NCBI GenBank assembly: GCA_030141605.1
Contig: JAQGDQ010000213.1
Span: 186,001-250,000 of the forward strand
DNA from: Tubiluchus corallicola
Taxonomy: Eukaryota; Animalia; Priapulida
DNA length: 64,000 bases
Direction of reading: 5' to 3'
Below are positions 14,637-29,400 of the stretch, one piece after another (the first letter of the stretch is position 1; every line of letters starts with the position of its first letter). Both the position numbers and the translations under genes were made by a program. A model generated the notes under the pieces. That model made no database searches. It was not told where the DNA came from and saw only the letters and a list, made by a program, of their open reading frames with translations.

Positions 14637-17600
14637 GTAAGATGAGTATATTAGTTTTAATTAGTTTTACTTATTACACAAATTAGTCATTAAATGTAAA
14701 GCTCCATAATTTAATCATTAGTTCATGATGGATGAAATTTATTGGCATCTTGACAGTTTAATGGCACCTTAACTTATTATAGAGATTAAATATGTTGCCT
14801 AAATTGTATTAATTTGGTCAACTGGCAGTTTTGATAATTTCCTTTAATTAGTGTGTTATAATTTTATGGCAGTAGCCTATTCTAGTAGGGTTTCAAGTAG
14901 TCTACTTATAGTAGTCTAGTACTGGTAGCAGCCAATAGGACAACATTAGGTGTTTTGTAGTCTAACTACTTATGCACAAGTAACTTTAAGCACTATATTA
15001 TACGCCAATGTTTTTTGGCGACAAACCGGCAAAGATGCAGAAAATGTGCTTCAATTCATAAGTAATGAGGATGGTATTTGGAGGTCATCTAATTAAAATG
15101 TGCATAGAATCTGATGATATGTTGTCCTTAAAAATCACAAGTTTGATCACTTAGTGGAAAGAATGTGAACCCGTTATGTTTGTTACTCTTATTTGTTGTT
15201 TATTAAAGTTTGAACGTCTTCATGACTACTACAATGATTTCATTATGCCAAGGATTTAATACTGCTTCGGGCAATGTTAATAGAAACTCGAGTAGCATAC
15301 TAAAGTGATAAATTTATTGGCTATTGCTCGAGCTTTTTGTCTATTTTTCTAAACATCGCATAATTTGTCGTATACGAGATTGTTGTCGACACGCGATGAA
15401 GTAAGAAGACGGTGCACCTGTTTTCGGAGATTTCTCAATGACTGCCAAGCATACACGCTTCAAGTTCAAAGTCATTTTTCAATTTTTCTTTCACTTTTGG
15501 TAGTATTGTGTTCAACAGAGGAGAATAGATCATTAAAGCAGTTGTTTTTAAATTTAGTCGCTTTTTCTAAAGTTCGTTGATAGTGGCACAATTCATTTGT
15601 TCACTTAAAGCTGATTTTTATAAATTCCTTCAATGACAGCCACTCACAACACAGACAAGGCTCAGTCACGCCATTGCTTTTTCGCCGTCATTGTAATGGT
15701 AAAATAACAGTCCTTTATATAGCAACATTCCCTTCATTTTAATAGCAATTAAGGAATAGCCTACACACTATGGAAATGTTTAATGAATTAACCTTGAATT
15801 AACACAGTTCAAATGTGTGAAGATAATATTAGGTTCTAAGTAGACTTATTAAATTCTAATATCCATTTCGTTGACAGTCTGATAACAAAATACATGTGAT
15901 ATTATTTTATTCCGCCAGAATAAATTGCATGTCACGCACTGGGGACAGATCAAAAAGTGAGATCGCATTTTTAGTTCGTCAGAAAACTGCATAGTATACG
16001 ACCCGAAGCTAAGAATGAGTCATTTGGATCATGGATCAAGTGTTCGTTCAGTTTAAGTCAATGGTGTTCTACCGGGTTCGTTTCTTATCTGATCATCTTA
16101 TAAGCGAAATGCTTTTTACTTATAATAACGGTTGGTAGGGAAATGGCACTAGTGTCTCGGAAATAAGTCGGACAGGATCAATTCACATCAATGTTAAGCT
16201 GTTATTTTCCAGTGAAGCCATCTCTACACGCGCCCATCTTCACACATTATAACCGTTTCTGATAACTGAATCCCTGCCCACAAGAGATTTAATTTAATTA
16301 CTCACTTACTGCCACCATTAACATTTATTTGACAGTTTACCTGAAAGCCGTGCCAGCCTGTGCCAGGGGCGCGTGGGGCTTCACGGATTTTACGTAATGG
16401 CTGCTGCCGTTGTTAAACATTACCGCTCGGCATCGCTACCACTGTTATTCTTATGATCATTGGCATCGCTGATGTTATCATTTCAGCACTAGTGAGGCCT
16501 CCACCACTTCAGCCTTCATATCGTAGGTGTTATCGTAGTCATCATCATTTTCTTCTTCTACTACTACTACTACTACTTCTTTTACTTCATCATCATCATC
16601 ACCATCATCATCATTTCCCCTGCTTTTCCTTTTCCTTTTCCTTTTCCTTCTTCTTCTTTTTCTTCATTATCATCATCATTTCCAGCATGACAGTCACCAT
16701 CGCCATCACATAAACGGCTTTTTGGCCTGAATTATGACATATTTCGATGCAGACTCTCTTTGGATGCGGAAAAATTTTTATAAGGAAGACAAGATGTTCC
16801 TTAAGAGCACATCTATGAATTTACCAAATTCAACTTGGTTATGACTGCAGATTTCAACTGAATTAAGTTTTAATTGCCTTTCTTGCGTGAAGATATTTTC
16901 TGACTTGGAGTCAGTATTCGGCACATTCAAATTTGCGATCTACCAAGTAGACTAACAATGCTCACGAAGTGGGAAATTCCATAAAAAAAACAAGATATAT
17001 TGCTTGCTTGGCGTAATTGAATTTCGGTATGACTGCAGTTTTCAACAGAATTAAGTTTTAAATGCATTTCTTGCGTGAAGATATTTTCTGACTTGGGGTT
17101 AGCGCTCAGCACATTCAACTTTGCGATTTACCAAGCAGACTAACAATGCTCACGAAGTAGGAAATTTCGTCAACAAAACAAGATTCATTGCTTGCTTGCC
17201 GTAAATGAACAATCGCTATAGTTATTTTCTGACCTGAGGTCAGCGCATTCAACTTTTGCGATTTACCAACCAATACTCCCAAGGTGGAAAATTTCGTCAC
17301 AAAACAAGATTGTGAAATGCTTCGGGCATCATTTGTGTCAGATTTATTTATTGGGCTAGCCAAGGAATTGTTTATGTCCGTATGTACTTCACTAGTAGTT
17401 CTAGTTTGTAACACAGCTATGGGAATATCTTAATTACAACGTCTGGTAATTAAGTCTGTTTCCCACATGAACCAACTTTGTTGCAATGTCACTTTGATCT
17501 TAAGAATGTAACCAGTGCAAATTCCACAGGGCAGTGAGAAACTGTGTGCAAAATTTTTGGAAGTCCAATTTTCACAGCGCGGCTACTATGCTATTTATAT

Positions 17601-18476
17601 ATAATTTGTCTCTATGTGATAATCTGACTAAAATGTAAAGGGTTGTCGAGAAAAATGCACGATAACTTTTCAGTTAACTAAATGTATCAATGATCATTTT
17701 ACGAAATATTAAAAAAATTATTATAAATAAATTTTTAGGCTTTTACAGTTCAGTGATATATTAGTAAATGGGAAAACAGTTAATACATTATTATCAAAGT
17801 ACATGCAGGCACTGAAACTATTTTTATGCATGTTTGTTACAAAAGAGTTTCTGTTGAGTTATCCTAGTATAGCTACCCCCTGGGCGGTTTCCGAAGATTA
17901 CTATCGTTTAAGCGTTTTTAAAGCTCTCTGATTGCAATCTTGCTAATCTACAACACAAACGATTTAAAGTAGATTAGAAAGTGCACTTTTACGCAGGTAA
18001 TCAATACCTGTAATCAGTTACAGGTAGATCTTACAACCAGCCACACAAGACTCACCAGCTGGCATTAACCTAGATTGTATGCTTTTGCTTTCGCTACTTT
18101 TGCTTTTTCGCAAGTATATGGTTAATATAATCGAGGAATCAGGTCAAAGAGCCGGTGTAGTATAGAGCTGTTGTCTGTCGCCATCATGAAGTGATAAAAC
18201 TCACGTTTGTCGGACTTTGTATCCGTGTCACCAGCTTTAATTAACTCAAGTGAGCATGAAGCGTCACATTAAAATAATAACAATTATAACGGAATTCAAT
18301 CAATGTATTAAATAAGTGCTTGTTTTACGCGCGATTGGCTGTTAAAAATTCATTTGCTCGTTTGATAAGTTGAAAATGAAAAATAAAATTGGAAACGTAA
18401 ACTGGAAATGATAGACATTTACGATGTCATGCTATTGCTATAAAATTTAATATTTAAGTTATGGTTCATTACTTCC

Positions 18477-18512
<36 letters not shown>

Positions 18513-20399
18513 CTGCTAACTTGCAGTACGGAAATGTATGAGATAGACCCATATTTAAGCTCCTTTAACTTGAATTGCTTCGATGAGACACATACGTACA
18601 TACTGGCTGACATGGATTAATTAGCTCGGAAGGTTCGATGAAAATATCTAATTTTCACTTCCTGTAAGCCAATTTGTGCTTGTTAAGTAATAGTTACCAT
18701 TCCGTAGTGGAAGGCCATGAATATGCTAACAATTCCGGCTGGAAGTTTTAAGTATAGTGTCAGGTTTAGCGAGATGCAGAGTTACAAATGAACAAGTGTC
18801 CAATGTAAAATTCAGCCCACGTACAGTAGTCCATAAATATGTGTACTATCAAAAAACAAATAATCTTAATTTTCTATTAAATTAATTAATGGGTCAATCG
18901 GGAATTGTAAATTTGGCAGTTTGTGGGTTTTTAGGCAGCGGCATGGTTCACACAGGCTAGCCGACATTATATCCAATTCGTCATTTTATCGCTTAAACTT
19001 GATAACATTTTAAGTAGGTTTTCTTAGCGGATTTCAACTCTTTTTCAAGAGGTTGAGTGCACTTGTTCAAGTAAAGAGTTTATTTAAACATACACACCCA
19101 TCAGACCGAGCCCTTGTCTTTGGCCTACATGTGACCAACTGACCCACCGCCGTGTGTGTTGCTCTAGGATGTGGCATTCAACTATGAAAAGATAAGTAGG
19201 GCTAAAAGTGATAGTTGGCAAACCACAGGAATACTCAGAAAGTTTCACTCACCCAAAGCTTGTCCTCCAGCTAGCATGCTGGCGTGAAGATTCTTGCAAG
19301 CTTTTGGAAGCTTTGAAAATTATTCTGTAATGCGTAGATCAAATTTTTCTGAAATAGTTTTCTCATATTAGTGTTTCCTGATTTCATAATAAGGTATATA
19401 ATTACTACACTCGTAAATAAGAGACCTATGTTATTAAACAATAAGTAGCTAACTTAGCTTAAAGCTCTTCAGCCTGTGGTAAGCTATTAACGTCAATTTG
19501 TTTGACTCGCACAACTATTTATTGTCGGACAGCTTACAAAAATGAGACCTATAATAAAATCCAGGTGAACATTAAAATGTTTATATTTTGTTTTAGCATT
19601 CCGATTGCGAACGCTTATGTATTAGCTTTTAAATAAATTAGGCATATTAATGCGATATAAACCACATAATTATAGCTGTGGGCACTGCACTGATTATTCT
19701 AGCGATATCTGAACAAACGAGTTTCCTCCTAATAATTAATTCCATAGTTATTCTAACATAAACACAATGTTGATGAAAATGATATAGTATGATATCATCT
19801 AGTATCATTCCTATCTAAGTAATTTACAATTATAGTTTGTTTTATGGAGTCATAACGAACTGATGACCTAGGAATGATAATGAAGAACAAACAGGTTTAC
19901 GAGCAAATGTTACAGTTTCAAACGGAACAACTATAATACAAGAAATTTAATTACTATATGGCTAATACAGGGTAGTATTGTAGTGAACTACAATTATAAC
20001 GTAGGTAAAGAGTGAAAGCAAATGTAGGGGTATCGTGAATTGGTGCAAGATTTTACACTGTTGCTTTGTCATTATTTTAAAAAAGGGCAACCTATATCAA
20101 GGCTAACAAACATTTAGGGACGTGAAGGCAGACAAACGAAGAAGTAACAAAAAGAGAGAGTGTGAGAAAAAGAAAGAAGCAGTAAGGGAGAGAAAAAACA
20201 GAAAGAAGAAAGGCAGAAGAGCGATGGTGGAAGTGAGGCAAAGAAGAGAAGAAAGAGCTGACGTGGAGTGAGAAAAGAGAAAAAAGAATGAAGAATGAAA
20301 AGAAAGGCGAGCAGGGAAACGCAAACTACTTAGATGTTATTTCAAAATAAAGTTGTCCGTTGATGCCACGGTTTATTGTATGACTTATTGCATCTCTCT

Positions 20400-20447
<48 letters not shown>

Positions 20448-23400
20448 TCTCTCTCTGTCTTTATGAATTTTATGCAAATCTAATTTCCTCTTTTTATTAC
20501 TTTATCTCTGGATATATACAAATCCAACGCTATGGTTAAAAGGTAGAAAAAGCATTCTGTGTCGGTTTTGTAAAACTATTTGATATTTTCTCACAATTTT
20601 GCGCTAAAACAAACAAGTTCAGCTATCATTACCAATGAAATAGAGCGAGCAATTTGATGCAGGTCGGTTACCACAGGTGTGAAGCACGTTTGACAGTCGG
20701 AAAACATGACACGGAATGTACCGCAGCATTGTCACGTTATCTTGATTCTTTAACAGTTAATAACAATTATTAAATTATGTAGTGTTGAGAGACCATGGTA
20801 GCGCTTTATCGAGCACGTTTTTTAGATCAAAACATAACAGTATGACACATTTCGCTATCTAGCATTTAGTCAGTCGTTAAATTTATCACGCTGAGTTTAC
20901 TGTAATCGGCACACATTACCTAAACTGTTTGGGATTCGCCAGTTAAAATCAATTTTTGAGGTGTTAGCGGAATTCTCGTGCAGGAAAGAATGTAACATAC
21001 TGGAACGTGCCTCTCCAAACTGCAAAATTAATGTTATTTGTAACAGATAATGTTTTTGTTCTGTTTTGGTTTTGTTTTGCTTGATTTTTAATCTTGTTAT
21101 TTTCATCTTTGTGTGCATACATTCTGTACATGTTTTATTATTTTCAGTTATTATTTGCCCGAACAAGCAACACAGCAGTGTATATAAGGTATTAATTTTA
21201 ACCCTCTAGGTTAGACTCCTACTAAAAGGCTATAATAGGCAGTCTGACAGTCCCGTAAGTTTAATGGATGATTTTGCTGTACAAACTAGCAAATCCTGCT
21301 CCCCTTATCGGTGTCTTTTATCCAGTGTTTTCCCGAAGTCGACCAAGAATGGCAACGAACCCAAGTCGTGCAGCCTATCGTTTAAAGTAATATAGCAGTA
21401 CGTCCGGTACATTGGCCTTGAAAAATAAATAATCTATCCGCAGTCAGGTGATTAATACAATTTACGTAATTATTTGGAAGTAATAGTGCTCAAGTTCACT
21501 GGAACACCAATTGTGTATCAAAAATTTTGACGTACAAACTGACGTATGTTATTCTAAGCATCTTAGTTCAGTCGCAAAGCTCTAGTTCTTTTCGAATGAC
21601 GAGCAAAAAATTTAGTGCTTTGGGCACAGGGTGTAGTCATTCATCACGTAAAACTGGTCTCTATCCAGCTTTTCAAGGTTTGTGGGTTCAAAAATTACAT
21701 TTTGTACACATTAGACCTGCTGTAACATTACGATCGATTTGTATCAAAATCATAACATGATAGAGTGAGACCACAATAACGCAAGCAGTAACTCTGTGTT
21801 AGTGATGATACTATAATAATATAAACTAATTTATAAAAAATAATAATTCACAGTTGTAAGAGATATAAGAATTCTCTTATTCAAGGGTAAGTCACAGCTT
21901 TGTTTGACTGTTCGGATGGGAGTAATTTAGTTTCCTCCTTGCAGAATGTTAGGCAAACATTCGAGCATCTTCCAGCTCATGAGGATGACTTCAAATTCAA
22001 AATGTGTTATACCTCTGTGCTGTAATGGTTAGCATTGTTGCCCAGAAGGCCTTGGATTCGAGTCCCAGTAGGGTGCAAAAATTGTCGTACTTTCTAATTT
22101 AGTACTGTTTTCGTTTTTACAGGATTTAATTTAGAATGTCTGGCTCAGTCTCGTACAGCTTTTTGTATAGAACGTTTCTTCAACATACTGGCACAGGAAC
22201 TTTTGCGTATTTAATTACGAAGAAGCCTTAATTGAGGATCAAACTAAAGGTTTATTAATGCAGATATAGTGTTTTATTCAGCAAGTACCTGTCGCAACAT
22301 ATGAGTCTCAGTTATTTTAGTGTCTTTCCATGTTTCTAATTGCTTAGGTTATACACATTTCGTGTTCACTTTTCATTCTGTACAAGACTTTTGGAACTGA
22401 TTGAGATATGCGATTCTTTAACCGATGCATTTATAATTATTTCGGATAAATAATCTGCACGTCTGTCTTCAAACTATGGCTACCTACTAATCATAGATCA
22501 GAGCCGATTTCAGGAAGTCTCTAAAGTCTCTAACTTAATAATTATATCTCATTAATTTACATTACCTATCCTATCAAAGAAATTCCACGCCGTGATAATA
22601 CCATTTGCAAAAGCAATAACCTGATAGTTAATTCCTGCATAGTTACTATGTAGTAGAAGTCTATAACAACCTATCCTATCAAAGAAATTCCACGCCGTGA
22701 TAATACCATTTGCAAAAGCAATAACCTGATAATTAATTCCTGCATAGTTACTATGTAGTAGAAGTCTATAACAACCATAGTTAAGTTCATTCTAGGTTCG
22801 CACATGATGTTTTTGCTTTGTAATGAATTTACTCATTTACCATCGCGTTTCCTACGTTTTTGAAATTTTTCTTTGCAAAACCATGTTAACGTCCTCAACC
22901 GTGGTTTGGACAAGGTTGCTTATTTCACGCCTTACATTAACTAATTATCAAAGCACGCCGAAGTTAACTGTTAATGCATTCAAGTGAGCTATATCACAGA
23001 AAATCGTAATCAAATTAAAGGTTACGGTTGTATGTGCTGTAGGCGGGACGAGATAAAATATCTATTAAGGGCAATAAAAAGCCCAACAGCTGCTGAAAAC
23101 TAATAATCTTGACCGACGGCATTCCTTATTTCCTTGTCAACGAGAAAAACCATACATGTTGCTTGACGACCTTGATCTTTTCACTCTTCTCATCTTTTGC
23201 CGCACGCCCGTTTTAGTAACCCATTTTTAGAACTTCAGTATTTTGTCAGTACCAACTCGCACACTTTTGTTTCCACCGTATCAACAGAGCGGATAAAAAA
23301 CGTTTTGTGCCGTGTTGCTAGTACGATCTTCAATAAACTTTTTCTTCGTAAATTGTGATTTCTCGTTACTTGCGTTTGCATTCTATTACTCCCTGTTTGT

Positions 23401-26400
23401 ATTGTTTATATATTTTGTACTTTTAAACATTTAATTCGTGATTTTGATGAAGCAGCGCCATTACGATTGCTAGTTCGATGTCTTATTTTTAGTACCAGCC
23501 ATTTTATAACTTTATGCACGACTTTATGCTGTAAATTTGCTAGCAATAAACCATAACTCAACTATAACGTAAAATGTTGGTATTTTTTGCATCCGTAAGA
23601 GAAATTGCATTGTTTCTAATTAACTTATTGTCAAAACAGCAGCCTTTATTCGGTATTTAAAATCATGCCAATTACTAACAGATTTGACTGTGATGAGCCA
23701 TTGTTAGTATAGTTGTTCTTGTCGTTGTTGTTGCCGTTGCCGTCGTTCTCGTTGACGATGTTGTCATTGCTTATGCCACTCTTCAGAACACTGCTACCGC
23801 TATTGTTGCTACTTTTGTTACTTCTACCATTGCCACCATCGCTGCACTGCTGATGGTGGTGGGAGGTGAAAATGATGGTGATTTAAAACTCTGGAACTCA
23901 AAAACTTTTCTTGGATTCGGGCTAGATTTAGATTCTCTATAAATCATTAAGCTTTGCACCTTTGTTTTGTGTTTCACTGATTTCTGTTAGTGCAAAATCA
24001 AAAGCTGCTCAAGTTTTTTAGCCGCAGGGCGTAGTTTGTGCATTGAATGTAAAAATGCTTGCAATTTCAGTGTCTTTGCCCCTAAGGCACAGTTAAGTAA
24101 CAACCGCAATTTAATTAATATCATAAGCTTACTTGATTATAAAAGTATTTGTTTAAATTTAAATTCTAACGGATGTCTTTGATTTGAAAAAGGCACTAAA
24201 TTTGGTTTCATTAATAAAAACAAATTAAAGGCCATTGAAAAGTTTTCCTGACTGTAGTAATTTCTGCTTGATTTTTCAATTTGTTTGTTTTTTAATTATA
24301 TGTCCTTAGCTAATGCAGTTGGTTAGCACTAGTAAACATTTTGAGGACATAAATGGCTTGTAATTTGCACGAAGTCTGCATAATTCTTCTAATTTTAGTT
24401 AAGTATAAGTATAAGTATAAGTATAAGTATAAGTATAAGTATAAGTATAAGTATAAGTATAAGTATAAGTATAAGTATAAGTATAAGTATAAGTATGTAT
24501 AAGCATAAGTATAAGTATAAGTATAAGTGTAAGTATGTATAAGTATAAGTATAAGTATAAGTATAAGTATGTATAAGTATAAGTATAAGTATAAGTATAA
24601 GTAAGTATAAGCATAAGTATAAGTATAAGTATAAGTATAAGTATAAGTATAAGTATAAGTATAAGTATAAGTATAAGTATAAGTATAAGTATAAGTAAAG
24701 TATAAGTATAAGTACAAATTTCTTATTTTTTCAGTTGCTGAAGTTGTGCTTACTGATGTTAATGTTCACTCTGAGTGGTTTGTCCAGTGTCAGTGGTGCT
24801 ACAGAACAATGTGATGGTGGTGGAACGGTTACCGAACCCGCCTGTTATTGTAGTGCAGATGATTTGAGGTGCGACGCTGACTTGGCTTCGCCTCAGAGCA
24901 GCAGTACGGGCTTCAGCCAAACAGATCGTGATGTTTTCATTCAGTACGGTAACTATAGAACTCTTCCCAATATACCAACAAGAACCACCGGGCGATTAGA
25001 CCTTCCCGGTAACAAAATAGAAAACATCCCATCTGGTGCCATCCCAAGCGGTGTGAAAGAAGTGGGACTGCAAGATAATCGGTTACAAGATTTTCCCACA
25101 GATGGCGTGTCGGAACTAAATGACCTAGTTTCACTAGATCTTAACAGAAATGATATAAGAACACTGGATGCTGATACTGTAGTGGGACTGGCATCACTCA
25201 CAGCATTAAATATTCGCAAAAATGGACTAGTTCAGATAGATGATGAAGCTTTCCGCCAATTCAATGGTAACTTGACAGAGCTAGATCTAAGAGGCAATAA
25301 GCTCACTGAGTTAGGGCAGTCGCTTCAGTACTTTCCCAACTTGAAAATTCTGAAACTTGACGATAATCAAGTGCGAAACATAAAAGATGATCTTGGACTA
25401 CTTAATGTGGTAAAACTGAATTCGTTCAGTGCTGAGTACAACCGAATCACCGAGATCGAAAAAGAAACGTTTTGGAGAATGGCCGATAGTTTGAAATACC
25501 TTAGCCTTGCAAATAATCTGATGGCTGACGTTCCCTACATGGGTATCAGATTTCTGCGTTCTTTGGAATCACTGAATCTGGCCTCAAACAAAATAAGTCG
25601 TTTAAACAGCACAAGACCCTTTAAATACGAAAAATTGCGTAAGCTTTACCTCAAAGGAAACCAAATCGCTGACATTCAACCAATTTTCTTTTTTTGGGTT
25701 TCTAATTCTCTGGATTTGTTGGATCTATCTCGCAACAAAATTTCTAAAATTGATGATGAAACATTTGGCTACTTGCCACAACTTGGCTACCTAGACTTGA
25801 GCCATAATGAAATTAATCGTATCCAAGTAGGTTACTTTTCTTTCTTGCAGCGCCTTCGCACACTGAACTTGTCATTTAATCGAATAAAATTTGTCCCTGA
25901 AGATGTATTTATTGGACTAATTAGTGTGGAGAATATCGATTTGTCTCATAACAATGTTTGGGATATTCCAACTCTGGTTTTTCGTGCAGTGAATCCCACC
26001 ATTCGAAAGATTAGCGTGAATAATAATTTTATTTCTGAGATTCCACCTTTTGCTTTCTCCTGTTTGAGACTTGTCCGCTTAGAAGCTCAGTGTAATACCA
26101 TAAAATCGATAGATTTTACTACGTTTGCAAACTCAAAACACCTCGCTTACATTGATTTCTCACACAACGAGATTGAAGATTTGCCTAATCAACTGTTTGA
26201 TGCCACAGGAAACGTCCAGGAGGTGAAATTTAGCTACAACAAATTGAGAGACATACGCCCATCATCCGTGCAAAATATGGGGATCATGCTGAACAACACT
26301 GGTCTCCACCTTTACCTGGATCACAATAGCTTCACAAAGGTTCCAGCTGAGGGACTTCAATCAATTAAAAAACTCGAAGTGATTGACATGTCGAGCAATC

Positions 26401-29400
26401 AGATCACAGAGGTTCTAAGGAACGATTTTACTGGCAACACCAACCTACGTTCAATTAACCTGGCTAACAATGACATCAGTGTTCTTGAAGATGGTGCTTT
26501 TAGTGGTCTAACACTAGATATACTAGATTTATCAGGAAATCCAACAATAAAAGATATTTTATCAGCCGAAACGCTTTCGGGATCTATAGTTCACAAACTT
26601 GTTCTCAGCGACAATGAACTTATATCTCTTCCAGTTTTAGATCTCAGCAGTATGGAGACTAAGTCACTACATTTACCTGGTAACGAGCTGACATCACTTG
26701 ATGTAGGATTACTGCATGCTGGTGTAGAAGAACTAAATTTGGCTTATAACCTTTTCCGTGAAATTCCAAATTATCTTTGGCCATCTGTGCCGAATCTCAG
26801 GCGTCTCGACCTGTCAGGTAATCCCGTAACTGAAATTACTCCTAACAGCTTTGTCGGGCTTGACAACCTGGAAGAACTGTTATTAAATGATTTATCTTCA
26901 CTCGATACATTTCAATCAAACTCTTTGTCAAATCTGGCAAACTTAAAACGCTTTGAACTTCATGGGTCAATGGGGGAGGGACTTTCAGATGTGGGCAACA
27001 GTGGCATTTGTGACCTCGACTTTGTTGAACACATAAAAGTGCAGATGACTTCAACCTCGTTTGACGAACTTTGCCCCAGCAGCGAGTTACCAAGACTGAC
27101 AAGTTTGCACATCAGTGGACGAGGAATCCGGTCTGTTTTATACGTGCCCCCTTTTTGGGCAGAAACGGCCCACGAGAAAACCGCTGATGGTCGTGGACAA
27201 CAAGTAAAGAAGTATGGAATAACAGAAACACAGGTACACTAAACTAAATCCAGTTTTAACACTATTTATTTGAGTGATACCCAATTTCTATTTACTGCTT
27301 TGTCGTTAGGCTACTTGCTTCCACCTGCCTCAACATGCCTTCAAACATCTTTACTCGTCTGTAATGTTTTAAACCCATGTATGTTAAAACGTTTTAATAC
27401 GAATTCACGCGATTTTGAGGATTTTTATTTTTGTCACATTAAGCTGTGAGAGAACTTGTAAATCTGAGTGTAAGTGTTTTTTGGCGTTTTGAATTAGGTG
27501 ACACATATGACGAACCGTGCACAATCGTTTGGTAGCCATGGTAGGCTAAACGTCTTGCGAATTCACCAAATATTTGCCAATGTGCAGTTTATTTTATAAC
27601 TGCTCTTTGATATTTGAAATCAAATATTCTAGATTACTTAATTTGTATCTTTATATTTTTCCTGTATAAGTCCAAAATTTCCTGTCATGCATTCTCACAC
27701 TGTTTTGCTGTAGGAATTTCATTTACTAAGAAAACATAAGTTAAATACATAGTAATAGAAACTAATAGTGATGTATCATCATAATGGTAACTACAGACTG
27801 AAACCTTAACTTTGTTTTAGGTGAGCACATTGCCACTAAATTTCTTCGCAGATATCCACGGACCAATCGAAATTGATTTATCAAACAATCAGTTCACCAA
27901 CATTGATCCTGCTGTGTTTGACCTGCCCAAAGGAAACATTGTAAAGTTGAACCTAGAAGGAAATCCATGGTTCTGTGACTGCAACATTGTGCCACTTCAG
28001 TTGTGGATGATGCAGTGGCTTGAACGTTCTGGTAATTTTGCAAATTTGCAAATAGTGCTGCGTGGTAAATTTGTTTTGAACGTTAAACGTTTTAAGTGGG
28101 TGGTTCTTAAGTTGATATTACAAACTCTACGCCGTCGTTCTGAGCACATTGTAAGGCTATAAACATATTAGTGCAAGAATATATCAACAACATTTAATGG
28201 AAGACTAGCAACATTAGCAACAAGGATAATGTCACAGCATTGCAAAACTAATGGCGGGAAAAATACAAGGCAGCATTAATCCTTCTGTGGTAATAAGACA
28301 GCACTTTTGGGTTAATAGTAGTCTCTGTTATGTAGCTGTACATTGTTATTTATAGTCGGCCCTAAAGATCACTACAGATTATTATTAGCACTAGCGTCAA
28401 CAAACAACTGCAGTTACAATAATGACAGAAACAATGGCAACGATAATGGTAAAGCTAAACAATACAATGGCAAGTATAACAACGATGACGAGAAAACGAC
28501 AGCGACAACAATAGCAGCAGCAGTAATAATCAGAGTGAACAAAATAGCAAAGCAGCAACATCAACATAAAAGCAGTGTCAACGATGACACTGATGCTAAT
28601 GACAACAATAACAAGGATAACCACAACAAAAACAACAGTAACCGCATCAGCAACATCAGCAGAACGATAATAACTATTATCTGCGACTACGAACTTGAAT
28701 GAAATAATAATAAGTGTATCAGTAAAAACTTCCATACATTAGTTCCATTCAGAGCATACCAAACTTTATGAAGTGCTATGTAAATGTAATATTTCCAATG
28801 TTTTACTTTCAGGTGCAAAAGATAAATGGGAAAACTGCGAGTTGATTAGAAATGATCTATATAAAGCTACCTGCTCGGCTCCAGAACTCTACTCAGGTTT
28901 GTCTACAAATCACCATCAAATTAAAAGTTACTACATTCAGATTTGCAAAAGTAATTAGAACGACAGCATCAGACAATAATCAGAGTAGTTCTTCATGTTC
29001 TTACATTTAAGCAGCTATCAGTGTTCTAGATGATAGGTTAAAATTACTTTTGTTTGATAACTAAGTGTTATCAAACTAGATACGTCAACTAGCTAAAATG
29101 TGTGACGAGCATTAAACAAAAGAAAATACGTATAGTTTCCCAGGAAAATAGGGTCTGTGCTGACAAGTCGGCAAAAAGAAATGACTTAAAGACGTATCAG
29201 TTTATATCAAAACGTGTAGCATAATTTACGGATTAATTAATTAATTTAGCATGTCTTGAAATTTAAAGGTATTCCATTACTGGAGGCGGATATGACACTG
29301 CAAGGGTGTGAGAATGCGACCGAACCATTGATCAATCCACCATTTACAACCAAAAAACCAACAACAAAACAACCTCCAGAAACTCCACCTATTTTCGAAC

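Noticed and set aside
16840-22776. Tandem repeats considered as CRISPR-like arrays
   Set aside because: No short repeat with unique spacers, no cas genes, and a eukaryotic context.
28343-28735. 119-aa Asn-rich and 112-aa Val/Ile-rich ORFs
   Set aside because: Degenerate AAC/AGC/GAC low-complexity tract inside an LRR intron; the flanking exons join without it.
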